The translations under genes and the position numbers were made by a program. From Convolutriloba macropyga (lineage: Eukaryota), in the NCBI RefSeq assembly GCF_964194025.1, contig NC_134473.1, forward strand, positions 72,726,001 through 72,790,000: DNA of 64,000 nt, written 5' to 3'. Every line of letters starts with the position of its first letter. The first letter of the stretch is position 1. Under the pieces are notes generated by a model that was not told the DNA's origin, did not search any database, and saw only the letters and a list, made by a program, of their open reading frames with translations. Of the stretch, positions 1-12,556 are shown piece after piece.

Positions 1-404
1 GAAATATTGAGTTATAACAGTGTTTTGCCCCAAATGGGCAACTTCTGCAATTTTGCGTCGAAAAATTTAAAACAAATAAAAAATTTTGACAGCCATAAAA
101 AAGTGTTGCAGAATTCGTGATTAAATTCAATAAATCTAGTTAAAGAACAAAAAAACTGTTTCGTTTTTTTAAATCTTTAAATAACTTTTGTCATTTTGAC
201 AAAAAGCATAAATTTTAAAATGAAAAAATTAAGGAATTCGCCTTCTGAAGCGATGTAGTCCCTAAAAACTGCACATGGTCACAATTTCTATAGATGAGAA
301 AACACAAATTTCAACAAACACATGAAAGAACGAAGTTAGTCAAAAACATTTATTACTATTTTTGGTTTAAGCACTTTTTACATACTCAAAAGTGCTGTAC
401 AATA

Positions 405-483
405 GATTCAGAGTAAAAAAGTTTTTAATTCTTTCTGAAGGCTTGTTTGTTTGGCAAAAGTTTGATTTCGAAAAAAGTCGATT
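405..483 (-). mobile_element. 3' end of an L2/CR1-group LINE RT ORF, separated from the rest (8036-8480) by the Bel/Pao insertion
   Basis: Minus-strand reading across the TSD gives ...FERRSFSFAVPHRW|NRLF..EIKLLPNKQAFRKELKTFL (one frameshift), matching the typical L2 C-terminal RAFS.A.P.LWN.LP...FK..LKT pattern. Confidence 0.65.
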
Positions 484-488
484 CCATC

Positions 489-1720
489 TGTGGCGGCTGA
501 TTTTATTCATTGAGCAAACAAATTGAATAGCGCTTCAAGGACATTTCAAGCATTAAAGGTAGAATAGCATGACAAGCGAAATTTAATGCTACATTCTATC
601 GAAGCCATACGGATTTGTTCACTTTGTTCAACAGTTATATTTAGCAACCATTATTTGTACACAATCGACATACATGAAGTTAAACTGAAACTCAAACTCG
701 AACTACGCAAATACTGCCACGTATTCAAGTGTTCACAATCACACAAATTGAGCTCAAACTGAGTAGGAGATACCCAACTTGGTAAGCCATATTCGATGAA
801 TTTTGCGATTTTTTCTACCAATTCAGAGGAAGAGTTGAATCGTATAAGCTATCCCGGACCCCAAACTTTGTTTAGTCACAGAATCTTACGACATAGTGAT
901 CTACAACCAATCAGAGATGCAATTGTGACATGTATGGCAGTATAAATAGAGCTTGAAAAACTAACAAAAATCAGTTGAAACTCGCTAATTTTGTGTCATT
1001 AAATAGACATACAGTGCGTATTGAACCACATTTTCTTGAGCGTTAAATTACTTGATATCGTGTCTGGTCTCTGTAGATCATACTAGTGATTGTACAGTTT
1101 TAACTTATATTTGACTTGTGAAAAGAGCATTAACTTTGATATTCTCAAATCTTTCTTTCTGAGGAACAAAGTTCCTAAATGAGAAAAACTTCTTTGTGCA
1201 AAGCATAAAGTCAGTTTGTTTCTCTTACTGGCTTTAACGAAGCCTACTCTAGTTCAACATTGGTGTCATTGAAACCAATAGAGAGACTTGCTAACTTTGA
1301 AGTTAGAAAAATTTTGTTAGTATTATCAGGTTTGCAACTGGTAAAAAGTCCTGTTTTACAACTGCTAACTGTTGAAACTTCGCATAGCTAAAGCCAAGTT
1401 ATAGAGCGTTGGAGAAACGAGAATTCTTAAATTCGTTTCATAAATTGAGTTGTCAACAAAAACTCAACAAAAATTGATTGTTTCAATTTGAATTATTTTG
1501 TTCTCTTAAGAGAAACAATTTAGTTATACAGCAAATTGAGCAATTAGTTATCAGGAATAATAGAGCAACAAGTAATGCAACGGTAACCTACAGTATAGCG
1601 GACATTACAGTTCACAAAAATTAACAGCAAAAACACAATATCTGGACAGATTTGAAACCGCTGAAACGAACTGGTCGGTGTAAAGTTTTCCTTGACTTTG
1701 ATAGGAGAGCAGCCGTTACA
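489..1720 (+). repeat. 5' LTR of the Bel/Pao element (1232 bp)
   Basis: TG...CA ends; ~791-1720 aligns with 7097-8030; contains CCAAT and TATAAATA (~941). Confidence 0.9.
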
Positions 1721-1740
1721 TTTTATCCGCCGACCCGGAC
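1721..1740 (+). promoter_or_regulatory. Degenerate primer-binding site of the Bel/Pao element
   Basis: ttttatccgccgacccgga directly after the LTR resembles the common Pao PBS TTTGGTCCTTCGAACCGGA. Confidence 0.45.
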
Positions 1741-1789
1741 AGTGGAAGAGAAACTGCTCTCCAATTTGATGAAGAGAGTGCCGAAGGCA

Positions 1790-4700
1790 CCCCCCACAGA
1801 GAATCAAACGAATCATCAGCGCAACGCCAGTGAGACAGAACGAAAGCTTCGAGTGCAATTCACAAAATACGTTGAAGAATTAACCTCGCTTAAAAGGAAT
1901 GGGCAAAGCCAAAGCAAACAGCACTCAAGCAATCAAAGCACAAACCGCAGGCAGAGAGGAGTTTCAATCAACAGCTCAAAGGTACGACAAGAGGTTCCAA
2001 GATTTAGTGGAAGAAGTTAACACTAAAACAAGAATTGGCTACAAAAAAAATAAAGATTCAGATCGATCCAACAAACTAAAGGTCCTCTACCAACCGACTG
2101 CTCACCTTAAAAAGGAAGAAATACTGAAGCAATTCCAGCGTCAAAACAAGCTTGTGCCCTACCAAGCGAATTTCGTTGAAGAACATCTGGAAGAAACAAG
2201 GAAAAACAAAGCAAGTTTGGACTATCAATGGCTTGCATATACAAGCAAAGGCACGCAACCAGAAATGAATGCAGAGCAAAGCAACACAACTCAAGCAGTG
2301 AAAAACAGCGAGAGCAAAACAACTACCCAACGGACAACCCAGTTGCTTAAACAGTGCAAAATAAAGCAACATCAAGCGGCCAAGAGTCTGAGAATGTTTC
2401 GGAAACATCTTCAGCAAATCAAAGGCGTGAGGAAAGGATGAGGAAATTCGATATCAAATTAGAAACAAAGATGCGACTGGATTTGACACGTTTTCAACGG
2501 AGGAAGCTAGAGCTGGAAACGCAAATGAAGGAACTGGAAACCAAGCATCAACTACTGGAGGAAGAGTGTGAGCTAGAGCACAAAGTGAAGAGAACAGCAT
2601 TAGAGAATGAAGATGTTCGTTCCCAATCAACCAGTGCTCGAGACAAGTCACCCTTCAACTGGGCCCCAAAGAGGAGAGATGTCTCAGATTGGGCCAGTAG
2701 GATCGACAACCTTCTAACACCAGAATGATCAACAGCTCGCTTCGAAGCAACTCCTGAAGTGAACAGGCATAGTCACTTCTCACGATATCGCAGTTCACGA
2801 GACCGTTCCTCAAGTGTTGAAGACCGGGATGTTTCCTCCCGAGCTCTTCTACGAGACAACAGTGGATACGCAGGTAGCAGTAGCCTACCAAAGATAAAGT
2901 TGAACAACTTCGCTGGAAACCCCCTCGAATGGCCGGAGTGGTCCAGTATGTTCATTGCTACGGTGAATCAACGCCCAATACCAGACTCACAGAAGATGAA
3001 CCATCTGAAGACTCTACTGACAGGCAAAGCAAGGGTAGCAATCTCTGGAATAGGCTATTCTGGACAGTTCTATGGTGCTGCATAGAGCATTCTGGAGAGG
3101 AAGTTTGGAAGGCTTTTTGTGATCATTGATGCTCAACTGTAGAGTCTTCGCAAAGCAAGTCAGGCCAAACCTCACAACTCAACAGGTCTGATCAGTTTCT
3201 CAGTTATTGTTTCCAACTCTTTAAATTTGCGCAAAGAGTACAAGAAGATTGATGATCTGCAGTCAAGCTCAACACTCTATATGGCAGTAGATAAACTACC
3301 TCAAGTTCTCAAAGAGAAGTGGTGATTCTACTTTAATGATAAAGATGAAGATTGGCCTGATCTGATTATGTTTGAAAAATGTCTATCTTGGATAGCATTC
3401 GTGCATGAAGGATTTTAAGCTTTTAAAGGAGAGCAAACGGTAGAAGACCCGAGAAGCACAAATAGAGACAGACGGTTCACGAAAACATCGAACTTCAGTG
3501 CAATTTCGAGTGTACAGTTCCAATTTTTTTTGCGAAAGCTTTCAAAAAAATTGGAACTGTACACTATTCAGGAGCATGCGAGTGAATGATCGGTACGCAG
3601 CATTGAGGAAGCAACGCTTATGTTACGGATGTCTAGGCAGAGGACATGCAATTAAAGTTTGTAAAGTCAATATGTGCGGTATCAATGGATGCATAAAGAA
3701 GCACAACCGTTTGCTACGCTCAGAAAACCAAATGAACGAGGGAAATCACGCAGTCAACGTAAGCGCAGCAACAATCAACCAGAGTAACGAAGTTACAAGC
3801 TTCCTTTAGATAGTTCCTGTTTCAATACAGAGCGGTGGCAGCAGGCTGAACACAAATGCTTTAGTCGATAGTGGATCAACGATTTCATTCATCGATCAAA
3901 GAGTGCAAGCGAAGTTACGAGCCCAAGGCACCGAGGTGTCGCTCAACATAGCTGGCACATAGGGAAAAAAGGATCTGAAGACAGAAAGGGTTCCCCTCAA
4001 AATAAAGGGATTACATTCAAAGGTCCATTCAATCGTTTGAACACCGGTCATTCTCCTGGGAAAACACAAAATACAAAGAAGTATGCCTAAACGACAAGAT
4101 TCTGGCAGGACTTGATCTGCTACACGAATTGATTGGAACAATTTTTGGTTTCCGGAAGGTCCAATTGCCCTGAGAGCTGAAATCGAATCAAATTGGAAAC
4201 AAAAACTGCAACTACAGCAAAGCTTCAATGACTTGAGTGTTCTACCCAACAAAAGGTTCAACTTGAGGGAAGTTGGCACCATACTTGATCAAGATGCTTA
4301 TGAGCTACAACACCCATTGGACTACATGATAGTAGCACGAAGTGAACCTTTCGCCTTTCTAACAGAACTAGGATGGGTAGTCAGTGGACCCATGACGGGC
4401 AAGAGCAGACAAAAAGTTTGTCATTTCGTTTGCACCGAAGATGTGAAAGTGGCCGAGAATATCCTAACCTGGTGGGACATAGAAACCTATGCTTCGAAAA
4501 TCAATGTCGTCAGTCAGTCAAAAAAGGAACTGCAAGCACGAAGATGATACATGATAGAGAGTACGACGAAGATCACAGGCGAGCGGTACGAAGTGGGAAG
4601 GCTGTCGAGTGAACCAGAGCCAAACCTACCGAACAACTACAGCTCAGCCCTGCGTCAGCTTTACTCACTGGAGCGAAGATTCCAAAGAGACCCAAACCTG

Positions 4701-7096
4701 AAAAGTTTGTATCAACAATCAATAGATACAGATGAAGAAAAAGGATTCGTAAAGATGGCGTAAAGTGAAAGGCTCCTTCGGGAAGGATTGGTATTTGCCA
4801 TACTATCCAGTACTAAACCCGAACAAGCATGGCAAAGTAAGACGTGTTTGCAATGCCGCATCAAAGGACCTGATCTGCTACACGAGTTGATTGGAACAAT
4901 CTTCAGATTTCGTGAAGGATCAATTGCCCTGACAGCTGACATCGAATGGATGTGCCTACAAGTGCAAGTTCCCAAACAGGATAGCGGTTGCTTGCGCTTC
5001 TTATGGAGTCCAAGGACTTACGAACCTGTTCAGATATACGAAAATCAGCGTCATGTATTTGGAGCTAAGAGTTCTCCAACTTGTGCAAACTATGCTCTCA
5101 AGCGAGAGGGACTGGACAACGAAGAAAGGTATCCAATTGCAGCAAAGGCAAAACAAAACAACTTCTACATGGACGATTTCATCAAATCAGTAGAAACCCT
5201 TGAAAAAGCAATTGAAGTCTCCAATCAACTACAACCTCTTCTCTAACAACATGATTTTGAATTGAAGAAGTGCATGAGCAACAAAATGCCGAGTGGCACC
5301 GATGAGGCATCTTTCAATACCACAAATGGAATTACAAGCGGCAGTCATGGCAGTGAGGTTGAAAGAACAGATAGTCAAGGAACTTGAAATGAAGATAAAT
5401 AGTTGCAGTTTTTAGGCAGACTCAACTGCAGTATTGCCGTGGATACACAGTTCCCATCGTAAGCAGCAGGCGTTTGTAGGCAATCGAGTAGCTGAGATAC
5501 TGGATACAACTGATGTTTCACATTGGAAACATGTGAGCGGTATCAACAACCCAGCGGACATTGGCACCAGAGCAAGCAACATTGAGGAACTCAAGAGAAG
5601 CGAGTGGCTCACTGGGCCGGCCTGGTTGAAGCGACCAGAGAGTAAAGGACCAGAGCAAGTTGACCTAATCTTTTCGTCAGGTGAAGAGAATCTACCCTCA
5701 TCAGTCTTCATGATACAGGCTGAAGAGGAGAAATGTGTTATTCATTAGGAATGATTCAGTATCTCTAACAGACTAGTGAATACAGTGGCAAACGTACAGC
5801 GATCATTGAGCTAATACAAACCAATTACTACAGCAAGGACAATTTGGTGAAGAAGAGAAATCTCTCAAAGCAGAAACGGAAATTCCAAAAGGCAGCAAAA
5901 TCCTACAGTTCTCACCCTTCCTGCATGAAGAAGGACTTATTCGCTCCAAAGGCAGAACAGGCAAAAGTCAACCGGATTTCAGTGCAAAGCATCCAATATT
6001 GCTACATTGGAAACATCATGCGGCTGAATTATTCTTGCGAAACGAGCACAAGGACAATCAACACGAGGGAATTGAGCATGTACGAACAATTGTTCAGCAG
6101 AAGTGGTGTTTCCTAGGCATAAGAAACGCCTTAGAATCAAACAAGAACAAGTGCATTACCTGCCGAGAAGGCAGAGCCCTAACGATAGCACCAGTAATGG
6201 CAGGTTTACCCGAAGAGCGGTTGGACGTTTCAACAGCTTTACAAATGTCGGAGTTGAATACTTTCGTCCGTTCATTGTGAAGATTGGGCGAAGAAACGAA
6301 AAACGAGGGTGTTGTCTGTTCACATATCTAACTATGAGAGCGGTGCATATAGAAGTAGTACCCAAGTTAGACACAGATAGTTGTCTCAATGCAATCATGC
6401 GATTTATTGCACAAAGAGGCAAACCAAATGCAATGATCAGCGATAAAAGGACAAACTTTGTTGGAGCTGAAAAAGAATTTGCAGGTTACATTGAGGCATG
6501 GAACAAAGAAGGGATCAAAGAATATCTAATTCAACGAGGACTTCGATGGAAGTTCAACCCACCCGCAGCACCTCACTTTGGTGAGAAGTTGCAAGAAAGC
6601 AATGTATTCAGTGTTGGGGAACAGATCAGTCACAGAGGACGTTATTTTAACAACTATGTGTTTTGTAGAACAGACATTGAACTCAAGACCGTTGACAACA
6701 GTCAGTTCAGACGTTAATGACTTGGAAGCATTGACTCCCAATCACTTCTTGCTTGGCAACAAGAATGCATGCTTACCCCTTTCTACCATGCGCAGAAGAA
6801 AACGTTGATAATCGAAAACTCTTTCGGGAAACTCAAGCCTATGCAAATCTCATATGGAACAGATTTCGTAAAAAAATATCTGCCAGCTCTGAATAACCGG
6901 CAAAAATGGCGACCTACGGCGTACGAAACCTTTAAAGAGGGTGATCTCGTTTGGTTGATCCAAGACAGCAATAAGCGTGGTTTTGCAACTTTGTTCAAGT
7001 TAAGGAGACCACCGATGGTTCCGATGGTGTGATTCGATCAGCGATAGTTCGAACGAACGAAGGAGTTTACAAGAGACCAGTAGTGAAGCTCGCCCG
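1790..7096 (+). pseudogene. Bel/Pao gag-pol polyprotein pseudogene (many stops, frameshifts and deletions)
   Basis: Gag LPKIKLNNFAGNPLEWPEW; Zn knuckles CYGCLGRGH..C and CGINGCIKKH; protease ALVDSGS (~3858); RT GPDLL/ADIE/FGAKSSP/YMDD; RNase H W.HVSG..NPADIGTR; integrase AVHIEVV..LDTDSCLNAIMRF, SD..TNFVG; C-terminal RPVVKLA. Confidence 0.92.
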
Positions 7097-8030
7097 ATTG
7101 GATAAATTTTGCGATTTTTCTACCAATTCAGAGAATGAGTTGCACCGTATAAGGTATCTTGAACACCAAGCAGCTCTGTGTATTCATTGAATCTTACGAC
7201 ATAGGGATCTACAACCAATCAGAGATGCAATTTTGACATGTATGGCAGTATAAATAGAGCTTGAAAAACTACCATAAATCAGTTGAAACCCCCTAATTTT
7301 GTGTTATTAAATTGACATACAGTGCGTATTGAAGCACTTTTTATTGAGCGGTAAATTACTTGTTCTTGTGTCTTGTTTCTGCAGATCATATTGGCGATTG
7401 TACAGTTTTAATTTAACTTGTGAAAAGAGAATTAAATTTGTTTTTCTCAAAACTTTTTTTTCTGAGGAACAAAGTTCCTAGGTGAGAGAAACTTTAGGCA
7501 AAGCATAAAGTCAGTTTCTCTTACTGGTTTTAACGAAGCCTGCTCTAGTTCAAAATTGGTGTTATTGAAACCAATAGAGAGACTTGCTAACTTTGAAGTT
7601 AGGAAAATTTTGTTAATATTATCAGATTTGCAACTGGTAAAAACATCCTGTTTTACAACCGCTAACTGTAGCAGGTTGAAACTTCGCATAGTTATAGTCA
7701 AGTTTTAGGGCTACAATCTGCAGGAAGGGGAATTCTTAAATTCGATTTATAAATTGAGTTGTCAACAAAAATTCAACAAAATTTGATTGTTTCAATTTGA
7801 AATATTTTGTTATTCTGAGAGAAACAAGTTAGTTATACAGCAAAGCTGAGAAATTAGTTATCAGGAGTAATAGAGAAACAAGTAATGCAACGATAATCTA
7901 CATTATAGCAGACAATACAGTCCACAAAAATTAACTGAAAAAACACAAAATCCAGACAGATTTGAAACCGCTGAAACGAACAGGTCGGCATAAAGTTTTC
8001 CTTGACTTTGATAGGAGAGCAGCCGTTACA
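7097..8030 (+). repeat. 3' LTR of the Bel/Pao element, 5'-truncated (lacks ~300 bp and the PPT)
   Basis: Aligns to ~791-1720 and abuts the end of the integrase ORF directly. Confidence 0.88.
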
Positions 8031-8035
8031 CCATC

Positions 8036-8480
8036 TGTGAGGGACTGCAAAACTGAATGATCTTCTTTCGAAAGCTGTCTTCAAAGATGTGGCTCTATAG
8101 TTGTAAATATAATGAGATCTTGAAACTTGCAATTTCTAGATAACAGCGAGTTATGATAATCTGAAATCCTCTGCGAATGGTGAACCAGACGACGACCCAT
8201 CAAAAGATTTTTGAAATGAATGCTTTTTCGTACAGATAACCAGTGCAACTGCTTAATAAAAACCGAAGTTGGTGTGCCAGGTGAGAGTCTAAAAATTAAT
8301 CTGCATGCACAGTTCATTATCCGTTGCAATTTCTGAAGGAGAACGTCGGGCAAAACTCATAAAGCGAATTACAATAGTCAAACCTAGTGAGAATTAGAAC
8401 TCTCACTAAATCAATTAATGAATTTTTCGGAATGGAGTCTCTGATAGAATAGACTTTACGGAAGAAATAGTAACATGTTG
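8036..8480 (-). mobile_element. L2/CR1-group LINE RT C-terminal fragment
   Basis: LVRVLILTRFDYCNSL / PDVLLQKLQRIMNCACRLIFRL..LHWL motifs. Confidence 0.75.
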
Positions 8481-8649
8481 CACATTGTTGCGCGGAAGAG
8501 CTCGATGATCTGTGATACTCAACTGCCAACGGAATGTAAATTTTCCGATAAGGTGAATTTGTGGGTTTAGTTTTAAATGTTAAACTATCTATTTCCAAGT
8601 AGAAAGTTCAGTTAGAGTTCAGTGTGCAGGATGTTACTGTTTCTTAAGT

Positions 8650-9070
8650 AAAGTCTCTTTTATCAGATCCGAAACAATCAATAATTGATTTAGTGAGAGC
8701 TCTAGTTCTCACTAGGCTTGACAATTGTAATTCGGTTTATTATGGGTTGCCCGACGTTCTCCTTCAGAAATTGCAACGGATAATGATTTTTGCCTCCAGA
8801 TTAATCTTTAGACTATCCCTCTGGCACACCAACTACGGATTTTATTCAGCGGATGCACTGGTTACCTGTACAAAAACGCATTCTTTTCAAAATTTTTTCT
8901 GATGGTTCATCGTCTGGTTCACCTTTCGCAGAGGATTCCAGATTATCTTAACTTGCTTGGAAAGTGAAAGTTTATTATTTAATACAAAAACTAAAAACTT
9001 CACATTGTCCGAAAGTTTAGATTCTAATGGCAATTGAGTATCACAGAACATTGAGCTCTTCCGCGCAATA
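8650..9070 (+). mobile_element. Inverted copy of the adjacent L2 fragment
   Basis: RALVLTRLDNCNSVYYGLPDVLLQKLQRIM on + strand; ~9021-9070 is the reverse complement of ~8486-8537. Confidence 0.75.
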
Positions 9071-11024
9071 TTCCTAAATTCTGTTTTCTTTGTGTTCAGT
9101 TGAATTTTTGCACTATTAAACCATTTTTGCAGAGTGCGAATTTTGAAGCAAAAACTTTAGAGTCACATTGTTGTTGTAGACAAAATAAACAACTGTGTTA
9201 TCAGCATAAAAATGATAATTCACGTTGAGCTTCACAAATATAATTTTTAATGGTAACAGATAGTAAGTAAAATGAAGATGGCCTAAAAAAGAACCTTACG
9301 GAAAACCCGATTCAACTGATTGCATTGAAGAAAAAGTGTCATCAATTAACACTTTTTGTGATTCATCACTAAGATAGCTCCTGATAAAGCTGAGAAGACG
9401 ATGCCCATTTTCTGGACTATTTTCAAGAACAAACAGAAGTATATCATGGACAACTGTATCAAATGTGGCTGATAAATGAAGGCCAATGTACAGCGTGTTT
9501 TTTCAATTATAAATTTAGCAAAATATTATTGGTTACCTTCAGGAGTGCTGTTTCAGTTGCGAAGAACTTTCTATAAGCACTTTGGGACCTGCATAAAATA
9601 TTGTTATCTTCAAGATGATCTCTCAGTTGGTGTAACACAGCTTTTTCGAATAATTTTTAGATAACTTTTTTGGTATAGAACGATAATTTGCTAAGTCTTC
9701 ACAATCGAGATTAAATTTTTCGATTTAAGATTTTACAACAGCTGCTTTTAGAGCCTGTGGAAAAACTCCATTCTCTAAAGAGGATATTATAAGGTTCAAC
9801 AGCACGGATAGATACGAATGAGGAAATAATTTTGCAAAACGCGTCGGGATTTTGTCAAGCACAGATGTACTGCTAGAAGATTCTGCAATAAAGTTTCTCA
9901 CGTTATTCAGAGATAATTACTTAAAAAATTCATCCTGTTCCAACTTATGCATTGGTTTTCATGAGACGTGATTGAATAAATTGATGCAACAATTTTTTGC
10001 TATGAAGAAGTTATTGAATTCGGAGGCTAGAGCTTATTTGCTTTCATGTTTTGGCAACTGACGTTCTTCTTTGCCCAATTAAAACAAAAACGTGTTAAAG
10101 ATGGAAAAATGAACCACTCAACAACTGATTGGAATTGTTAGTCACAAAAAACGGCAATGCAACAGAGTGACGATAAGTGACTGTATAATTGTATAAAAGT
10201 GAAGACCAATAGAAAAAGCAGCGATTTTTTAGTCATGATTAGGTTGCCTTAGTTTTATGAAAAACTTTATGAAATATGTATAATCCTTGAAAACATTCCA
10301 TTAGCTTGCACTCTAAACGCTAGACGAGTTCAACTATTGTTAACGGAAATTTCTTTTTAAATACGGAGGTACTTCTAGAACGTCTTTCTCTATGACGTCC
10401 AATGTTAGAAAAATTGTTCAGGTTGTTTTAAGAGTTTATTTGATCTATGGCATGTCCACGAAAACAAAAGAAAAAAGATTGACCGATTCTAAGCAGGCGC
10501 AACTAACGTGAATATGGAAGTCTGCTGGAGTCGTACCAGCATCTTCTACCGACATAACAATTTTCATCCTTTCTTCAACAAGCTTTCCTCTTCAATCGAC
10601 TAGCTGTTGTAACCCAAGACTTTTATCAAAAATTTCTTATACTTGTTTTGAGAACCGCATAACTGAAAAATGTGAATACTAAAATAGATTTGCAGCTTTT
10701 TCTGATGTACCCACGTTGAACAGTGAAAATAATCCGTTATCAGACCCATTCAGACATTTATCAGTCAGGATCAGACTCATGCAGACAAAAAAACAGCCGT
10801 GATCAGAATCATCAAGATATAGATCAGTTTTGATTAAAAATCATGCAGAAAGAAAACAGTCATGATCAGAATAGTCTAGATTTCAGGCTCAATCAAGCAA
10901 AGCATCAACTAAGATCGGACCCATCCAGACGAAAAACAGCAATGATCAGAATAAGACGGATATAAATAACCCGCGATAAGAATCATACGGAAAAAATCAG
11001 CCGTTACAGACCCATCTAGAAAAA

Positions 11025-11769
11025 ATCAGCCATGATCAGACACATCTAGAAAAAATCAGCCATGATCAGACACATCTAGAAAAAATCAGCCATGATCACA
11101 CACATCTAGAGAAAATCAGCCATGATCAGACACATCTAGAAAAAATCAGCCATGGTCAGACACATCTAGAAAAAATCAGCCATGATCAGACCCATCTAGA
11201 AAAAAATCAGCCATGATCAGACCCATCTAGAAAAAAATTAGCCATGATCAGACACATCTAGAAAAAATCAGCCATGATCAGACCCATCTAGAAAAAAATT
11301 AGCCATGATCAGACACATCTAGAAAAATCAGCCATGATCAGACCCATCTAGAAAAAATCAGCCATGATCTGACCCATCTAGAAAAAAATTAGCCATGATC
11401 AGACACATCTAGAAAAAATCAGCCATGATCAGACCCATCTAGAAAAAATCAGCCATGATCAGACCCATCTAGAAAAAATTAGCCATGATCAGACCCATCT
11501 GGAAAAAAATTAGCCATGATCAGACACATCTAGAAAAAATCAGCCATGATCAGACCCATCTAGAAAAAATCAGCCATGATCAGACCCATCTAGAAAAAAA
11601 ATAGCCATGATCAGACACATCTAGAAAAATTCAGCCATGATCAGACGCATCTAGAAAAAATCAGCCATGATCAGACACATCTAGAAAAAATCAGCCATGA
11701 TCAGACCCATCTAGAAAAAATCAGCCATGATCAGACCCATCTAGAAAAAATCAGCCATGATCAGACACA
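11025..11769. repeat. 30-31 bp minisatellite (ATCAGCCATGATCAGAC[A/C]CATCTAGAAAAAA), ~24-25 copies, with degenerate flanking copies ~10735-11025 and ~11770-12110
   Basis: Directly visible tandem units. Confidence 0.95.
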
Positions 11770-12325
11770 GCAGCCACGATATCTGACTCATCCAGACATC
11801 AGCCTTCATCGGCCTTCATCGGTCACATATTTATCGATACAGTGATACAGTGATATCGATAACATCCTCATCAGCCTTCATCGGTCACATATTTAGACCC
11901 AAAAATAGCCATGTTGGGATCCATGCAATCAAAAAACAGGCAGGATCACAATAATCCAAATCATCCCTAATCAGAATCATTCAAGACAAAAACAACCTTG
12001 ATCGTACCATCTAGACAAAAAACAGCCATGATCAGAATCATCCAGATACAAATCAGCAATTATAATAATTATTCCGGCAAAAAAGCTATCATATGATACT
12101 TCCAGACACAAATCTGTTATCATTCATTAGACGTCAGCCTTTTCATAATTCCTTGTTTTTGCCTCGCTCTTCGGCAGAACCAACCAGACAAAAACCTCGT
12201 CACTTAAGCTCACTTTTCTTCATTGTAAAATTTAAATCATAAAAACGAAAGTCAACCCTTCTGTGAGGTTTTAATTCTCTGACTATTAACTCACAGCTCT
12301 CATACCCCCCCCCCCTTACACTGAC

Positions 12326-12556
12326 CTGGTATGTGTTCTTGACCCAGCAGAGTCGACTGATGTACTGATGCCATCCTTTGGGGTACACGACATTTGAGAA
12401 ACACTTGATTCTCTCCCCCACAATTGACTCTGTAGTCAGAAACAGGGCAAGGAAGATTAACAGGAACACAGTGTACTTGTGATGCAAACGATCCACGACA
12501 TCTCCGTCCACTCCAAATTTGATCTTGTTCACGATCCCGAAGATCTCGTTGATCAT
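12326..12556 (-). CDS. Innexin (gap junction protein), first coding exon, 77 aa
   Basis: DGDVVDRLHHKYTV + TM1 + GERIKCF...YISRLCWVKNTY (innexin DRL, G.PI.C and CW...TY motifs); CAG|GTCAGT phase-0 donor; downstream exons not found in the window. Confidence 0.9.

Larger units (their letters stand above)
489..8030 (+). mobile_element. Bel/Pao LTR retrotransposon, full-length but decayed
   Basis: Starts TGTGGCGGCTG and ends CAGCCGTTACA (imperfect terminal inverted ends); 5-bp TSD CCATC at 484-488 and 8031-8035; direct LTRs; Pao gag-PR-RT-RH-IN domain order. Confidence 0.95.

Noticed and set aside
9280-10400. Possible decayed hAT-like transposase
   Set aside because: Only vague coding-like fragments; no motif or termini could be supported
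11025-11769. CRISPR-like appearance of the 30-bp repeats
   Set aside because: No unique spacers, no cas genes, eukaryotic context; it is a plain minisatellite
12200-12325. C-terminal part of the 118-aa innexin ORF
   Set aside because: Intron read-through after the GTCAGT donor
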